Source: a virus
IMG/VR virus record: IMGVR_UViG_3300039452_000120
Length of the DNA stretch: 64,000 nt
Reading direction: 5' to 3' (one strand)
In this document: positions 42,899 to 53,964 of the stretch, in pieces
How positions within the stretch are numbered: position 1 is the stretch's first letter
Layout: the number at the start of each line of letters is the position of its first letter
Translations under genes and position numbers: made by a program
The notes under the pieces: model-generated
What the model was told of the DNA's origin: nothing
What the model saw: only the letters and a program-made list of their open reading frames with translations
The model's database searches: none

Positions 42899-45011
42899 TG
42901 ATTCACAGTTCGCTTCCATAGTAGACCGTGTAGGAAAGTCCATTTCTGGGGCTTTTGAAGAAGCTGGAAAAAGTGTAGACAGCGTTAACAAGCGTATGAA
43001 TGACTTTTCTGGCTCTGTCAGGTCAGAAATGGATAGGATACAAAATTCTGGAAAGAATGCTTTCGCTGATTTATTGAGAAATAGTGAAAAATATAGTACT
43101 AATGTAAAAGACCGTATCACTTATTTACAACGAGAATTACAACTACAACAATCCTTACTCCGGGAAGAAACTTCACGCTTGCAGTTGGCTTCTAAGCTTC
43201 GCTATGAGGCAGAGAAACAGACTATGCTGGAAAATGGTGCGTCAGCCAGTAGCCCCGAAATGGCTGATTTGAAAGACCGTTACAATGAGGAACAAACACA
43301 AATTGAAACAGATGCACGTATAAAGCAACTTAAGCTTAAGGCAGCTCAGAATGAGTTTCAACAATATCGCGCCAATGAAACTGAACGGAAACATGATGAA
43401 GATGATCATAGACGGGGTGGTGGTTATGGTGGTGGTATAGTGCGAAGTGCCTTAGCAGGTGCATTTGGTGCCGCTGGTTTCGGTGCTGTATTTTCTATAG
43501 CAGGAATATTAGGTAAGATCATTACAGAAGGTGAAGAACTTTCCAGAGCGCAAACACGTATTGGAGGTTTAACTTCTGGTATGGGTGGTTTAGGTATAGG
43601 AAGAATGTATGATTTTAAGACTGCCGATGCTATGCGTTATGATGAAGAAGTAGCACGTCAGGCAGGTACTTCCTTTGGGTTAGCAGGGCGTGGTAGGCGT
43701 CAATATTCTTTTGAAAGATCATTTGGGTTGAATGCTGGAGAATTGAACAATAATGCAATTGCTCTCAGAATGTCAACTACTCACCGTTCTTCAGCAGATG
43801 TTGCTATAGAAATGCTTAATTTCTTTAAGCAATCTAAGGTGTTTGGAATTGATAAGGGAGACTTTGCTAAGGTTTCTGAATTACTTAGCATAAACAATCA
43901 GCTCAATCAGGAACAAGTAGAACAAACAGGGCGTGTAGACCCTCGTCAGACTACAGCTTTAATGGCTATGTTCGGGCGACTTGGTATTGACTCCAGTCGT
44001 ATCATGTCTTATGAAGGTGGTATTAATACTGGTATACGTTCTCCACACGATGAATTTTCAGGAGCAGTTGTATTAAGGGCTTTGCGCAGGGCTAATCCTG
44101 GTATGTCTTTATTTCAATTACAAGAACAACAAGCAAAAGGCGCAACACCAAGTAATATAAGTGCAGTAATGAGTGAATTTGGACACACTTCGAGTGGTGA
44201 ACTAATGATGCGTACCGTACAATCTGCTTTTGGGTTAGAGCCTGCTCAGGCACGCACTTTAGTAGAAGCTTATCAGAAAAATCCACGTGTATTTGATACA
44301 CAAGAAGGGATGAAACTGGCAGGTTCATTCACAAGAAAAAGTGTTGAACAGCGAGCAGCTGAAAATACAACATTTTTGCAAGATGCTTTAAGTAAGTTTA
44401 ATGATAAGTTTGCCGACCTTGGACAAAAGACTTTAGCTGAATTAGCTAAACTTGTTAATGCCTATGAGACTAAGGGTTTCGAGGGAATGGTGAAACAAGG
44501 TATTAAGGACATTGTAGATGCTATAGTAGATGGTTTCAAGCGTGTAACTGGTCAGAACGTTTCTGGAAAAGAAATGGTTGAACATACGAATGAAACATTT
44601 AAGAAAGTTGCTAACAATCGGCTTGGGAATATGTTTGGTTATGGCGTAGATGTGCCGGGTGATAAGGGTGTTTTATATCATATACAGCATCGTCAGCAAT
44701 TACAGAACATGTTTAGTGACCAAGTGACTTACATGGTTGATAAAAAAGACTATTTGAAAGATGTAGACTATGGTAGGCATATAGGTTTTAGGGGTGAACC
44801 AAAAGAGTTACAAGCTGCGTTGTCTGATACGAAATATGGTGAATTGCAAAAGGTAATTGAATTATTGGATACAAAAGGTAATAAGTATTTTCCTAATGCT
44901 AAAGCTGATGATGATGAAATCATAACTGTAAAAGTTTTACAACAAATACTTGACGAAATACGTAAGCAGAACAAAAAACCTTCTCAAAATGTTATACATA
45001 AAGGTAAATAG
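42864..45011 (+). CDS. tape measure protein
   Basis: 715 aa; coiled-coil-like N-terminus; Gly-rich hydrophobic patch GGGYGGGIVRSALAGAFGAAGFGAVFSIAGILG; lies after the chaperones. Confidence 0.65.
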   Translation: MGIQREIIFKADDSQFASIVDRVGKSISGAFEEAGKSVDSVNKRMNDFSGSVRSEMDRIQNSGKNAFADLLRNSEKYSTNVKDRITYLQRELQLQQSLLREETSRLQLASKLRYEAEKQTMLENGASASSPEMADLKDRYNEEQTQIETDARIKQLKLKAAQNEFQQYRANETERKHDEDDHRRGGGYGGGIVRSALAGAFGAAGFGAVFSIAGILGKIITEGEELSRAQTRIGGLTSGMGGLGIGRMYDFKTADAMRYDEEVARQAGTSFGLAGRGRRQYSFERSFGLNAGELNNNAIALRMSTTHRSSADVAIEMLNFFKQSKVFGIDKGDFAKVSELLSINNQLNQEQVEQTGRVDPRQTTALMAMFGRLGIDSSRIMSYEGGINTGIRSPHDEFSGAVVLRALRRANPGMSLFQLQEQQAKGATPSNISAVMSEFGHTSSGELMMRTVQSAFGLEPAQARTLVEAYQKNPRVFDTQEGMKLAGSFTRKSVEQRAAENTTFLQDALSKFNDKFADLGQKTLAELAKLVNAYETKGFEGMVKQGIKDIVDAIVDGFKRVTGQNVSGKEMVEHTNETFKKVANNRLGNMFGYGVDVPGDKGVLYHIQHRQQLQNMFSDQVTYMVDKKDYLKDVDYGRHIGFRGEPKELQAALSDTKYGELQKVIELLDTKGNKYFPNAKADDDEIITVKVLQQILDEIRKQNKKPSQNVIHKGK

Positions 45012-45013
45012 TC

Positions 45014-47293
45014 ATGGCCATTACAGACATTATAAATATCGTTATCAACAGTTCCAAAGTATCGACTTGGCAGTCTGTAATAGATGAATATCTTATCTAT
45101 TTCACTAATCCTGACTCACCTATAAAAGACGCTAATGCTTTATTTACATACTTGGGAAATGATACCCGTATCTTTGCTCAGTACAACGCTTTTGAACAAA
45201 ATAAATACAGTAGAGCTGATCAAAGTTTAATAAAGTTCGGAACACTCATAAAAGTGCCCAAGGAATGTCTCTCACGTGAAATATTACCCAATGCTGGTAA
45301 TTTGTCAGTAGACCTTAAAACAGTAGCATTAGATATGCCTATTGAGGTTCTTGCTCAGCTACAAAGCAAAGATTATATACAAGTACAACAATTAAACACA
45401 AATACCAATGCAGGCAATTCCTTTTTGGGGAATGCTTATCGCGTCTGTAGTCAGTATACCGTTTGGGTGTATGCGAAAGCTTTAGGAACTGGGAAGGGAA
45501 AGATGATAAATGTTACTCCATTTGTACATAACATAACTACAAATGTTGCTGTAGGTGGTGGTAATTTTGGTTTAACATTAGCCCCAATAAGTTGCGAATA
45601 TGATCAAGCAGACGGGTGGATAGTTAGTGATGGCACTTTTAACAGTTTTGCATTTAATGGTGAAATTAACAGTTTAGTGCGTGATTCACTCGTTGCCCAG
45701 AAGGAAGGTCAATTTAAGCGCAAAACAATGCTCTTTCATCACCTTATTCAGCCGAATGACGTAATTTTTATTCAATTCGAGACATTGCAAAGTGAGGTTA
45801 AAATTCGGGATTTTGATCCTAATTTGATGAATTCAGCTGATTTTTTGTTTCCCGGACAGTCGCCAGCTGGCAGGAATTGGGACATGATTGGACTGATTGA
45901 TACGTCTTCTTTAACATATGACCCATCTAATACATTTTCTGAAATAAACATAAATGGCAGGTGCTTAATGAAGTTGTTAATAGATGACGGTTGTTATATA
46001 TATCCATTAGACTATGCCAGAGGGTTTGATGGTAGAAAGGGAATTGCTATTCAACGTGTATTAAGTAAAGAGTTGTATTTTTTCAAATCTTTCGTAGATG
46101 TTTCAGTAGGTTATTTAGTGAATTTTGTAATGAATTTGCTTTCTAATATAGCAGTGACAGACGATGATAGTTTGTTTTTAGGATGGGGTGATAGAAGGTC
46201 ATATCGCTATGATATTAATCCGAATGATGAATCAACGCTTACTGATACACCATTTTTAGACGGTAAAAGTACTTTACAAAATGGTACCATAAGCAAGACT
46301 ACAAGCGTGACTAAGAATTTAAGTCAGGGGATATGGCAAATTGTAAAATTAGCGCTTGATGAAAATGTAGCAAGTTTGCGCTTGGTGGACACTTCAATCA
46401 CTGATTATCAGGGTAGCTTGTTAAATTACATAAGTAAAGTAGTACAAATGCCTTTTTGTGAATTTAAGGGTGATACGTATGGTGATCAGTATTATTTTCA
46501 AGTTTGGCGTCCACCATTTACACAAGATGCTTATTTAGAAGCTTTTGATAAGACGGGGAAAATCGAAATTAGTGGTGATTTTGTACAAAATGAATCATTA
46601 GATTTTGATGATGCTGATATATATTCTTGGTATCGGTTGCGTCCTTCAGGAAGCTTTATTGACAAAACAGTGGGTGATAATTATGCAGCAGAATTGACTG
46701 TTTGGTTGGAAGAACTTGCTGTATTGTTTGGTGCAAAATGCATGGATGTGACTACTATTTATGGGCAGATTTTTAATACGAATACTGATAGTGTTACTGT
46801 AGAATCATTGCTTAAGCAGTTCAGAAGTGACCTCATTTACATAATTTCCACAAGTGTTTATTTACCATTCACAAGGAAGGGAACAATTACACTTAATCCA
46901 GGCGACCGCAGGATAAAGCGCGGTATGGTAATTCGTTATACAGATACTGGTGAATTGTTTTATGTAGACGCAGTAACTAACACTGCTACACAAGGAACTT
47001 CTTCTGTAGAACGCGAAACTATATTAACCGTTTCCAGAGGAATGGTTGAACAATATGCTCGTGCCAAAGCTATTCCGAATAGCAGTTTACCATATGTTAA
47101 TTCAACTTTAAAAAGTCAAACTGTATCATACTTTAATATAGTAGATTATGGTTTAGATATAACATATAACACTGAAAACACTTCGGCTTCAAATATCAAA
47201 GTGAATAAAGATGTATTGAACTTTTTCTTAAAACGTAAACAGTTTGTTGATGATTACGTAGTAGGAAGTGCTGATTTTACTAATGGAAACTAA
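45014..47293 (+). CDS. tail/baseplate hub-associated structural protein
   Basis: 759 aa, immediately after the tape measure; position only. Confidence 0.35.
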   Translation: MAITDIINIVINSSKVSTWQSVIDEYLIYFTNPDSPIKDANALFTYLGNDTRIFAQYNAFEQNKYSRADQSLIKFGTLIKVPKECLSREILPNAGNLSVDLKTVALDMPIEVLAQLQSKDYIQVQQLNTNTNAGNSFLGNAYRVCSQYTVWVYAKALGTGKGKMINVTPFVHNITTNVAVGGGNFGLTLAPISCEYDQADGWIVSDGTFNSFAFNGEINSLVRDSLVAQKEGQFKRKTMLFHHLIQPNDVIFIQFETLQSEVKIRDFDPNLMNSADFLFPGQSPAGRNWDMIGLIDTSSLTYDPSNTFSEININGRCLMKLLIDDGCYIYPLDYARGFDGRKGIAIQRVLSKELYFFKSFVDVSVGYLVNFVMNLLSNIAVTDDDSLFLGWGDRRSYRYDINPNDESTLTDTPFLDGKSTLQNGTISKTTSVTKNLSQGIWQIVKLALDENVASLRLVDTSITDYQGSLLNYISKVVQMPFCEFKGDTYGDQYYFQVWRPPFTQDAYLEAFDKTGKIEISGDFVQNESLDFDDADIYSWYRLRPSGSFIDKTVGDNYAAELTVWLEELAVLFGAKCMDVTTIYGQIFNTNTDSVTVESLLKQFRSDLIYIISTSVYLPFTRKGTITLNPGDRRIKRGMVIRYTDTGELFYVDAVTNTATQGTSSVERETILTVSRGMVEQYARAKAIPNSSLPYVNSTLKSQTVSYFNIVDYGLDITYNTENTSASNIKVNKDVLNFFLKRKQFVDDYVVGSADFTNGN

Positions 47294-48233
47294 TACAAGA
47301 AATAATCTGAGTCAGCGAAGTACGGAAGTGTCTCCACAGCCTGTTGTGGTGGGTTATGCGGTAGTACCTTCTAATATTGATAAGGACACTTATCTGAAGT
47401 CTGTATATAAAAACAAGACACTCATGATGAGAACTGTAGACGGCAATCTGTTTCGGAATGTGTTATGCGATAAGGATAAGTTGATGCATATTCAGTTTCC
47501 AGAGGATGATAAGGGCTTCGGTAGTTTATTGGTTTGTATAAATGTACCAATGGAAAACCGTAAGATTGTAATAAGTGTGGTAGATTTTATGGGAGATGCC
47601 GCTAAGACCCTTAGTCAGAATCAATATAGTATTGAGAAAATTTCAGACATTGCTAACGTAGCTACCCTATGGGATGCTGATAATGCTGAATTAAACATTT
47701 CAGTATCGGCTAATCAAAGTGGTGTAGTAGCAAAAACAAATATACAAGTAACTAATCCTGATAAAAATGCTGAACTAAATGTAGAAGTTAGTGGAGACAT
47801 TAATGTAAAAGCTACAAATAAAGTTCACTTAATGGCTAATCAGGAATCACAGTTCACAGTGGAAGATGAAACTGGGAAAGTGTTGTATAATCTTGATTAT
47901 GTGCGTGGGACGGGTTTAACGGTTACTGATGAGTTTAATAACAGCTTTATGATGAATAAAGACATTGTAAGGCTTTATAATAAAGCTGGAGATAAGATCA
48001 TTGAGATGAATAGGAATGGTCTGAGCTTTGGGTCGGCAAATAAGTCAGCTGAGCAGGCAGTATTGGGTAATACATTAGATAAATTGTTAAAACAGTTTAT
48101 TCAAATAGTGGAAGATTTGATAATAATATCACCACTTGGCCCCCTTACAGTAAGCCCGGTTAGTGTACAAGCATTGGGAGATTTGTCAAATCAAATTGAT
48201 AATATTTTAAGTAAGGTTTCAACATTAGATTGA
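47283..48233 (+). CDS. baseplate protein, possibly central spike
   Basis: Repetitive beta-strand-like stretch NISVSANQSGVVAKTNIQVTNPDKNAELNVEVSGDINVKATNKVHL; trimmed to ATG 47283. Confidence 0.35.
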   Translation: METNTRNNLSQRSTEVSPQPVVVGYAVVPSNIDKDTYLKSVYKNKTLMMRTVDGNLFRNVLCDKDKLMHIQFPEDDKGFGSLLVCINVPMENRKIVISVVDFMGDAAKTLSQNQYSIEKISDIANVATLWDADNAELNISVSANQSGVVAKTNIQVTNPDKNAELNVEVSGDINVKATNKVHLMANQESQFTVEDETGKVLYNLDYVRGTGLTVTDEFNNSFMMNKDIVRLYNKAGDKIIEMNRNGLSFGSANKSAEQAVLGNTLDKLLKQFIQIVEDLIIISPLGPLTVSPVSVQALGDLSNQIDNILSKVSTLD

Positions 48234-48234
48234 T

Positions 48235-48531
48235 ATGTCAGCAAGTGTAAAAACAGCATTTCAAACAGCATTACAAGCTGCTTTTAATAAGCAGTTTAAC
48301 AAGACTAATAAGGACAAAAATCCAGGTGACTCTTTTAAAGAGTTTACACAAGATTTTTGTGATGCATTATTCACGCTACTTGAAGGTCAAACCGTGACCT
48401 TTAACAAGCCAGTAACACAATTATTTGCTGATGCAGTGCCAATACCAAATGATGGTGGGGCTGCTATTAACGCTCAATATCAAGTAAACGCAGAAACATT
48501 TGATAATGAATCAACAGTAACATTAACATGA
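48235..48531 (+). CDS. small baseplate-module protein
   Basis: 98 aa; position only. Confidence 0.4.
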   Translation: MSASVKTAFQTALQAAFNKQFNKTNKDKNPGDSFKEFTQDFCDALFTLLEGQTVTFNKPVTQLFADAVPIPNDGGAAINAQYQVNAETFDNESTVTLT

Positions 48532-49274
48532 GTAGTACATTAGAACAAGCTAAAGCGCAATTTTTTGGGTTAGTTGCTGATTTAGGTCGGGGAACGCTTC
48601 ATTCATTGTATCCTAATGACTTTGAATATTATATGATGACTTTTGAACTCATTAATTCAAGAGGTCAAAGGGAAAACATGTTATTGCTACCAATATTACC
48701 ATCTGATATTAGATACACAACTAATACATTATCTTCTATACGTAAGACCTCATCAGGGGTAGTATCGAACTTTAACCCAACATTTGTACCATTTCCTATA
48801 GTAATGCAAGGGACATTTGGTAAGAAATTAAAATTCTTATTAGGTGATAGTGAATTTCTTACATTGGCTATGGACTTAAGAAATAGTTTGAGTAAACAGG
48901 ATGGTTCAGGGACTGCATCTACCTGGAATACTCAAATTAAGACAGGGTATGGTGTAACTAAATTGCTTGAAGGTATAATAGCTAAATCTCAAACATTAGA
49001 CTTAGACAATAAGCCTTATAGATTGATATTTACTGATAGCACTTTTAACAAGGATGTTGTTGTAGAAATTAACAATTATTCATTTACACAAAATGAGAGG
49101 TCTAATAACGCTTACTGGAATTATTCTTTACAGATGACGGCTATTGCCCCTGCTCTTTCAATTCGCAAACTTTCTGTAAGTAGTTTAACAGGTTTAGTGG
49201 CTATAGACCAAGTTAATCATTTTACACAAACATTTATAGATAACAACAAAGCAGGATTTTTAAGCAGGTTATGA
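48528..49274 (+). CDS. baseplate-module protein
   Basis: 248 aa, ATGA coupled. Confidence 0.4.
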   Translation: MSSTLEQAKAQFFGLVADLGRGTLHSLYPNDFEYYMMTFELINSRGQRENMLLLPILPSDIRYTTNTLSSIRKTSSGVVSNFNPTFVPFPIVMQGTFGKKLKFLLGDSEFLTLAMDLRNSLSKQDGSGTASTWNTQIKTGYGVTKLLEGIIAKSQTLDLDNKPYRLIFTDSTFNKDVVVEINNYSFTQNERSNNAYWNYSLQMTAIAPALSIRKLSVSSLTGLVAIDQVNHFTQTFIDNNKAGFLSRL

Positions 49275-50233
49275 GTTACCAGTTGTTAACACAGAAATAT
49301 ACGTTACCTCAAGATATCATTGATCTCTTTCAGGTGACTTTTCAATTTGATATTAACGCTTATTTTGATGCGTTTTATTATTTCTTAGTGTATCAGTATC
49401 CTAACATACAAAGTTTTTATACTGGTAACTTGGAGACAATTGACCCGGCGAATTTCGCTGCGCTTAATAGCTTAATAGCAATTTCTACTAATATGATGAA
49501 TCTTCTCCGCGAAAACAAGGAAGATTTTACTACATATGAGCATTGGGATTTTATTGATTATGTGACTGATATGAATGAGAAACTTCTTACTATACAGAAG
49601 ATTTACAAGTTTTTGAGGTCGAGTAAGGTAAAGACCAATTTCAGTAGCGAATTAAAATTCAATTACAATATTGGTCAGAATGAGTCATTAGAACAGATTA
49701 GTCGTAAGCAATTAAGTAGCACAAATCCTGATAACGATTGGATAGATATAGCTACAGAAAATAATTTGCGTGAGATTGATTACTCTGATCAGAGTGGTAA
49801 CGCTATAGTACTATCTATAAAGCTCAATGCTCAATCTTTAGGGGTTAAAAGTGTAGTTGATAGTGTGGAAGGTATACGGGTGCTTGGACTTGATCTTAAT
49901 AGGATTACAACGTTTACAAATAACGATTTAGATGTAAAACAATATGTTGATACATTTAAACAGTCTGTAGGTATTTTATTAAGTTTATTGAAGGAAGACA
50001 TTCCAGAGTTCCCCGACATGGGGCGCACCCCTAATATCGGTACTAATGTAAACATATTCGCTTTTAATAGTAACGTTCGGGAATTAGCAGAAACAATCTC
50101 GTCGGATGATTCAATTGTAGGATTTACTATATTAAATATTACAAATGACTTCGCCAGTGGTCAGGTATTTATCAATTGTTCACTGCGTAGCCGTCTTGAC
50201 TCTATCAGTACAACACAAACATTGAATACATAA
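49271..50233 (+). CDS. baseplate-module protein
   Basis: 320 aa, ATGA coupled. Confidence 0.4.
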   Translation: MSYQLLTQKYTLPQDIIDLFQVTFQFDINAYFDAFYYFLVYQYPNIQSFYTGNLETIDPANFAALNSLIAISTNMMNLLRENKEDFTTYEHWDFIDYVTDMNEKLLTIQKIYKFLRSSKVKTNFSSELKFNYNIGQNESLEQISRKQLSSTNPDNDWIDIATENNLREIDYSDQSGNAIVLSIKLNAQSLGVKSVVDSVEGIRVLGLDLNRITTFTNNDLDVKQYVDTFKQSVGILLSLLKEDIPEFPDMGRTPNIGTNVNIFAFNSNVRELAETISSDDSIVGFTILNITNDFASGQVFINCSLRSRLDSISTTQTLNT

Positions 50234-51435
50234 TGGGCATTATAAAACCACAACTTGAAGAAGATTTAAAGCAGGTACTGTCTGAGATATTATTTGCGCG
50301 TACTGATAAAGTTACTAAGATTACAGACGGTTCTGTATTGAATGGTTTCTTTTATGGTAATGCAAAGATTGCTCAGAAGATGCTCAAAGATTTAGCGTTA
50401 ATACAGTCTATTCTGTTTCCACAAGACGCCAATGGTTCAACTTTGGATGAAGCTGCAGCCATTTTAGGTATAGCCCCTCGTTTAGGGGCATTAGGGTCTA
50501 ACACTTATGTTAGGTTATGGGGTGACCCCGGTACTACATATACAGCTGGTACTCAAACGGTTGTAGGAAATGACGGTATTACGTTTGACTTGATGGAAAA
50601 TAAGGTAATTGGGCCAGTAGGTTTTACATACGCTTTAGTACAATCTGAAATCACTGGGTCTATTACCAATGTGAATCCTTATACACTTAATGTGTTAAAC
50701 AGTGCTCCAACTGGTCATAAATATGTAACCAACGAGTATATTGCTGCGGGCGGTAGGGACGTGGAAGATGATATTTCATTTAAGCAACGTATACAAGACT
50801 CATTTAATGCTTTCGCTACAGGAACAATATCTAAGTTGGAACAAATTTTTATGATATTCAATCCAAAGGTATTAAGGATGTTCAATTGTGGTACTAATGG
50901 TAACGGGAAGCTTCAACAAGCCATTATAGCGCAGAACGGGGACTTATTTACAGATACGGAATTAGGAACATTAATAGCTTCTTACAGTAAATTTTTGTCT
51001 CTTAGTGAAATAAATCTGGATTGGAATACTCAGTGTGGTATAGAATTGATTAATGCTAATTATGCGCCATTTGATATGTCATTTCGTTGTACTTTATTAC
51101 CCAGTGCAGTGCCAAATGATGTAGCTAAATATATTCAAATAAGGATGGATAAATATGTAGACTATCGCACATGGAAAATGGGTGACCGTATTTTATGGGA
51201 TGATATGTTACAGATTGTAAAGAATACTCCGGGAGTTCAAACTGTTCCTGATAATTACTTTTACCCGCACAATGATGTGTTATTTGATTTTGGCGTTTTA
51301 CCAAGATTACGTGGCTTTCAAATGTTGAATGCTGATGGCAACATAATAGTGGATAATGAAGGGGTTTTAAGTCCAACATATTACCCCTCTTCTCAGAATT
51401 TTAACCTGATTTCTAATGTATTAAGGACGATCTAA
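50233..51435 (+). CDS. baseplate J-like wedge protein
   Basis: 400 aa; GSTLDEAAAILGIAPRLGALGSNTYVRLWGDPGTTYTAGTQTV resembles the gpJ/gp6-family core. Confidence 0.55.
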   Translation: MGIIKPQLEEDLKQVLSEILFARTDKVTKITDGSVLNGFFYGNAKIAQKMLKDLALIQSILFPQDANGSTLDEAAAILGIAPRLGALGSNTYVRLWGDPGTTYTAGTQTVVGNDGITFDLMENKVIGPVGFTYALVQSEITGSITNVNPYTLNVLNSAPTGHKYVTNEYIAAGGRDVEDDISFKQRIQDSFNAFATGTISKLEQIFMIFNPKVLRMFNCGTNGNGKLQQAIIAQNGDLFTDTELGTLIASYSKFLSLSEINLDWNTQCGIELINANYAPFDMSFRCTLLPSAVPNDVAKYIQIRMDKYVDYRTWKMGDRILWDDMLQIVKNTPGVQTVPDNYFYPHNDVLFDFGVLPRLRGFQMLNADGNIIVDNEGVLSPTYYPSSQNFNLISNVLRTI

Positions 51436-53081
51436 TGTCATTTGTAAATATAACAGTAGGCACTCCCCAGAATATTGAAGCTGGACAACAAATAATAGCA
51501 AGTTCTTTGCCTTTAAGGGGATGGGATACTGTTATTACTGCTTCTCCACAATATTCTGGATTAACTACGGGAATTGTTTATACAGTGAAATTTCGGTATT
51601 CCTTTGATGCTGTGAGATTTACAGAGTGGGATGATATATCAAATTTTGTATCAATTACAGTAGGAAAGAAAGATGATTTTATTATCGAATTTCAAATGGG
51701 TCGTAGCGGTACTGATACAACTGACGTATTTACTGGTGGTAGCGTTGATTTACAAGGTAGCTATACTCAAAGCTATTTTGATGTATGGAATTTTTTACAG
51801 GGTACTATTTTTGAAGAAATTACATATGATGATCCAAATTGGAATGAATTGTGGATCAATTTGCTGCGTAAATTATACAACCGTAATATCATTCCTGAAT
51901 ACATAACACGTGGAGATGAAGAAATTGACGATACGGATTATATAACGTATTGGAAAACTATAGCAATGTTTTTTGCTTTAGTGGGAGAATTGGGACGCCG
52001 TAAGATTGAAGGTTTGACGGAAGACCCGGACTACCTTATCGAATACCTAACCCAAAAGGGGTTGTTTTTCTGCAATTCCTGCGCTGATTGCTTGGAAGAG
52101 TTAGTTTATATACTTTATAACATTTACGATGAATTCCGTCAACGAGGGACAGTAAATATCTCACTTCCTGCTTCCTCACCCAAGCTATCGGACGGTGAAA
52201 TGTTACGCATGATTTGTTGGGAGACAACAGACGAGATGTTATTTGAGTACGTTCCACGCCACTTGTCAGGTTGGACAATGAATCGTTCCTCTCCAATATA
52301 TCGAGGAAAGACAGGGCATATACAGCTAAATAAAGCCCCGGAGAATACGCAAGATTTTGTGGATTTGACTAAGTTTGTTCTCAGTAATAACTTAATCCTT
52401 GCTCAGGATGGTACTAAGAATGTAGCTGAATTAGCCTCTGGTGGGGTATTGAGTTTTTATACTAAAGTAGACCCCACAATAGGATATGAGATAACTTTTT
52501 GGGCGAAGTTTTCGGCAGCTAACACTAACATGCTTACTGTAAGTGCGAATGCTTTTATTGATACTGTAAGTCGCCCGTTACCAACTGTTTCTGGTGGTGA
52601 TGCTAATGTAATTTTAGACAATGTATCAATGCCAAACAATAGTGTTTATTATTTTGTAAGATGTATTGTATATGCTAAAAATACTGACCTGAGTTCAGAA
52701 GACGGTGTTACAGAATTGGGACAGGGAGAAAATTTGGTATTTGGTACTTACGATACAAATAAACTACAATTTTTGATTTCCAATACTGGGTCTTCAGGGA
52801 CTTTCATAAACATATGGGATTTAAAGGTAGTTCCTTTAAATTTACCTGCACCTACAGTTTTTGTAAATTCTTATAATATACTTAATACATTCTTAAACAA
52901 CCGAAACAGTTCATTGACAATTATAGACTTTGAGGAAAGAATGAGACGGTATTTGACACCATATAATACAGTTTATTGCCCGTTTTATTCATTACAATCA
53001 CAGTTTAATCCAGATGCATTCTTGCTACAAAATAGTGGGTCATACTTACTACAAAATAGTCAAGGTAGATTTAAGATATAA
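51435..53081 (+). CDS. baseplate / fibre-attachment structural protein
   Basis: 548 aa, TAATG coupled after the J-like gene. Confidence 0.4.
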   Translation: MSFVNITVGTPQNIEAGQQIIASSLPLRGWDTVITASPQYSGLTTGIVYTVKFRYSFDAVRFTEWDDISNFVSITVGKKDDFIIEFQMGRSGTDTTDVFTGGSVDLQGSYTQSYFDVWNFLQGTIFEEITYDDPNWNELWINLLRKLYNRNIIPEYITRGDEEIDDTDYITYWKTIAMFFALVGELGRRKIEGLTEDPDYLIEYLTQKGLFFCNSCADCLEELVYILYNIYDEFRQRGTVNISLPASSPKLSDGEMLRMICWETTDEMLFEYVPRHLSGWTMNRSSPIYRGKTGHIQLNKAPENTQDFVDLTKFVLSNNLILAQDGTKNVAELASGGVLSFYTKVDPTIGYEITFWAKFSAANTNMLTVSANAFIDTVSRPLPTVSGGDANVILDNVSMPNNSVYYFVRCIVYAKNTDLSSEDGVTELGQGENLVFGTYDTNKLQFLISNTGSSGTFINIWDLKVVPLNLPAPTVFVNSYNILNTFLNNRNSSLTIIDFEERMRRYLTPYNTVYCPFYSLQSQFNPDAFLLQNSGSYLLQNSQGRFKI

Positions 53082-53938
53082 TGGCAGCAGGTGATAAAAG
53101 ATACTTTGAACTGGACTATACAGACACAGTCCAAGATAACGATTTGATAGCATTAGGTCGAGGACAAAGTGCTGACGGTACGTTGGTGACCAGTGCTAAA
53201 AGCTTCGCTAAATATGTAGGTATCGTGCCATTCAACGGTAACCGAAACATAACCAGAGCCGTTATTGGTCTTGAAGGATTGAATGTGGGAACTTCTACAG
53301 TAAATGATTTCTTAGCGCAAGTTTTCTTTCCTCTGTCTGCTCCAGGTGGCTCATTAACCATTGGCACACCAGCACGTGAAGTAGGTTCATCAAAAGCTTA
53401 TACTTTGAATTGGGGTGTTGTAAGAAATGCTCAACCAATAACTGGTATAGTAGTAAACGGACAATCAGAAGTTGCTACAGGTAATAATCAGACTGGCACC
53501 CTTTCTGGCAATGTGAGTTCCGCTAATGGTGTTTATACTTTTACGATGACTGTAGACGATGGGGTGTCACCAACTCAAACATTTACTTGTACATTGACTT
53601 ATTATCAAGCTTATTTCTTTGGTTCATCAGCAACTGTACCAGCAGTTAGTGCAGATGTGAGGGCTTTACCAGTGAATCAATTGACTTATCTGGGCAATTC
53701 ATTCATATTAAATACAGGAACAACAAACAGGATATTTAACATAGCCATTCCAGCTTCAAAATCATTACAAAGTGTTGTAGATGAGGATGCAATGAATTTT
53801 GATATTACCTCTTTCTTCACTTCTACAACGATGTCCGTAAATGATGCAGGTGGCGCAGCTCAATCGTATAAATTATACACAATGATAGCTGCTATACCTT
53901 ATACTTCAAATCATAGGTTCGTTGTTACTATAGCCTAA
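53081..53938 (+). CDS. receptor-binding-module protein with shared N-terminal anchor (copy A)
   Basis: The first 88 aa or so (MAAGDKRYFELDYTDTVQDNDLIALGRG...) are paralogous to the N-terminus of 59580-60941. Confidence 0.5.
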   Translation: MAAGDKRYFELDYTDTVQDNDLIALGRGQSADGTLVTSAKSFAKYVGIVPFNGNRNITRAVIGLEGLNVGTSTVNDFLAQVFFPLSAPGGSLTIGTPAREVGSSKAYTLNWGVVRNAQPITGIVVNGQSEVATGNNQTGTLSGNVSSANGVYTFTMTVDDGVSPTQTFTCTLTYYQAYFFGSSATVPAVSADVRALPVNQLTYLGNSFILNTGTTNRIFNIAIPASKSLQSVVDEDAMNFDITSFFTSTTMSVNDAGGAAQSYKLYTMIAAIPYTSNHRFVVTIA

Positions 53939-53947
53939 ATTCAAATT

Positions 53948-53958
53948 CAGTTATCAAT
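53948..53958 (+). promoter_or_regulatory. copy of recurrent motif CAGTTATCAAT
   Basis: Intergenic, 17 nt upstream of the tail-fibre ATG. Confidence 0.4.
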
Positions 53959-53964
53959 TTAGTC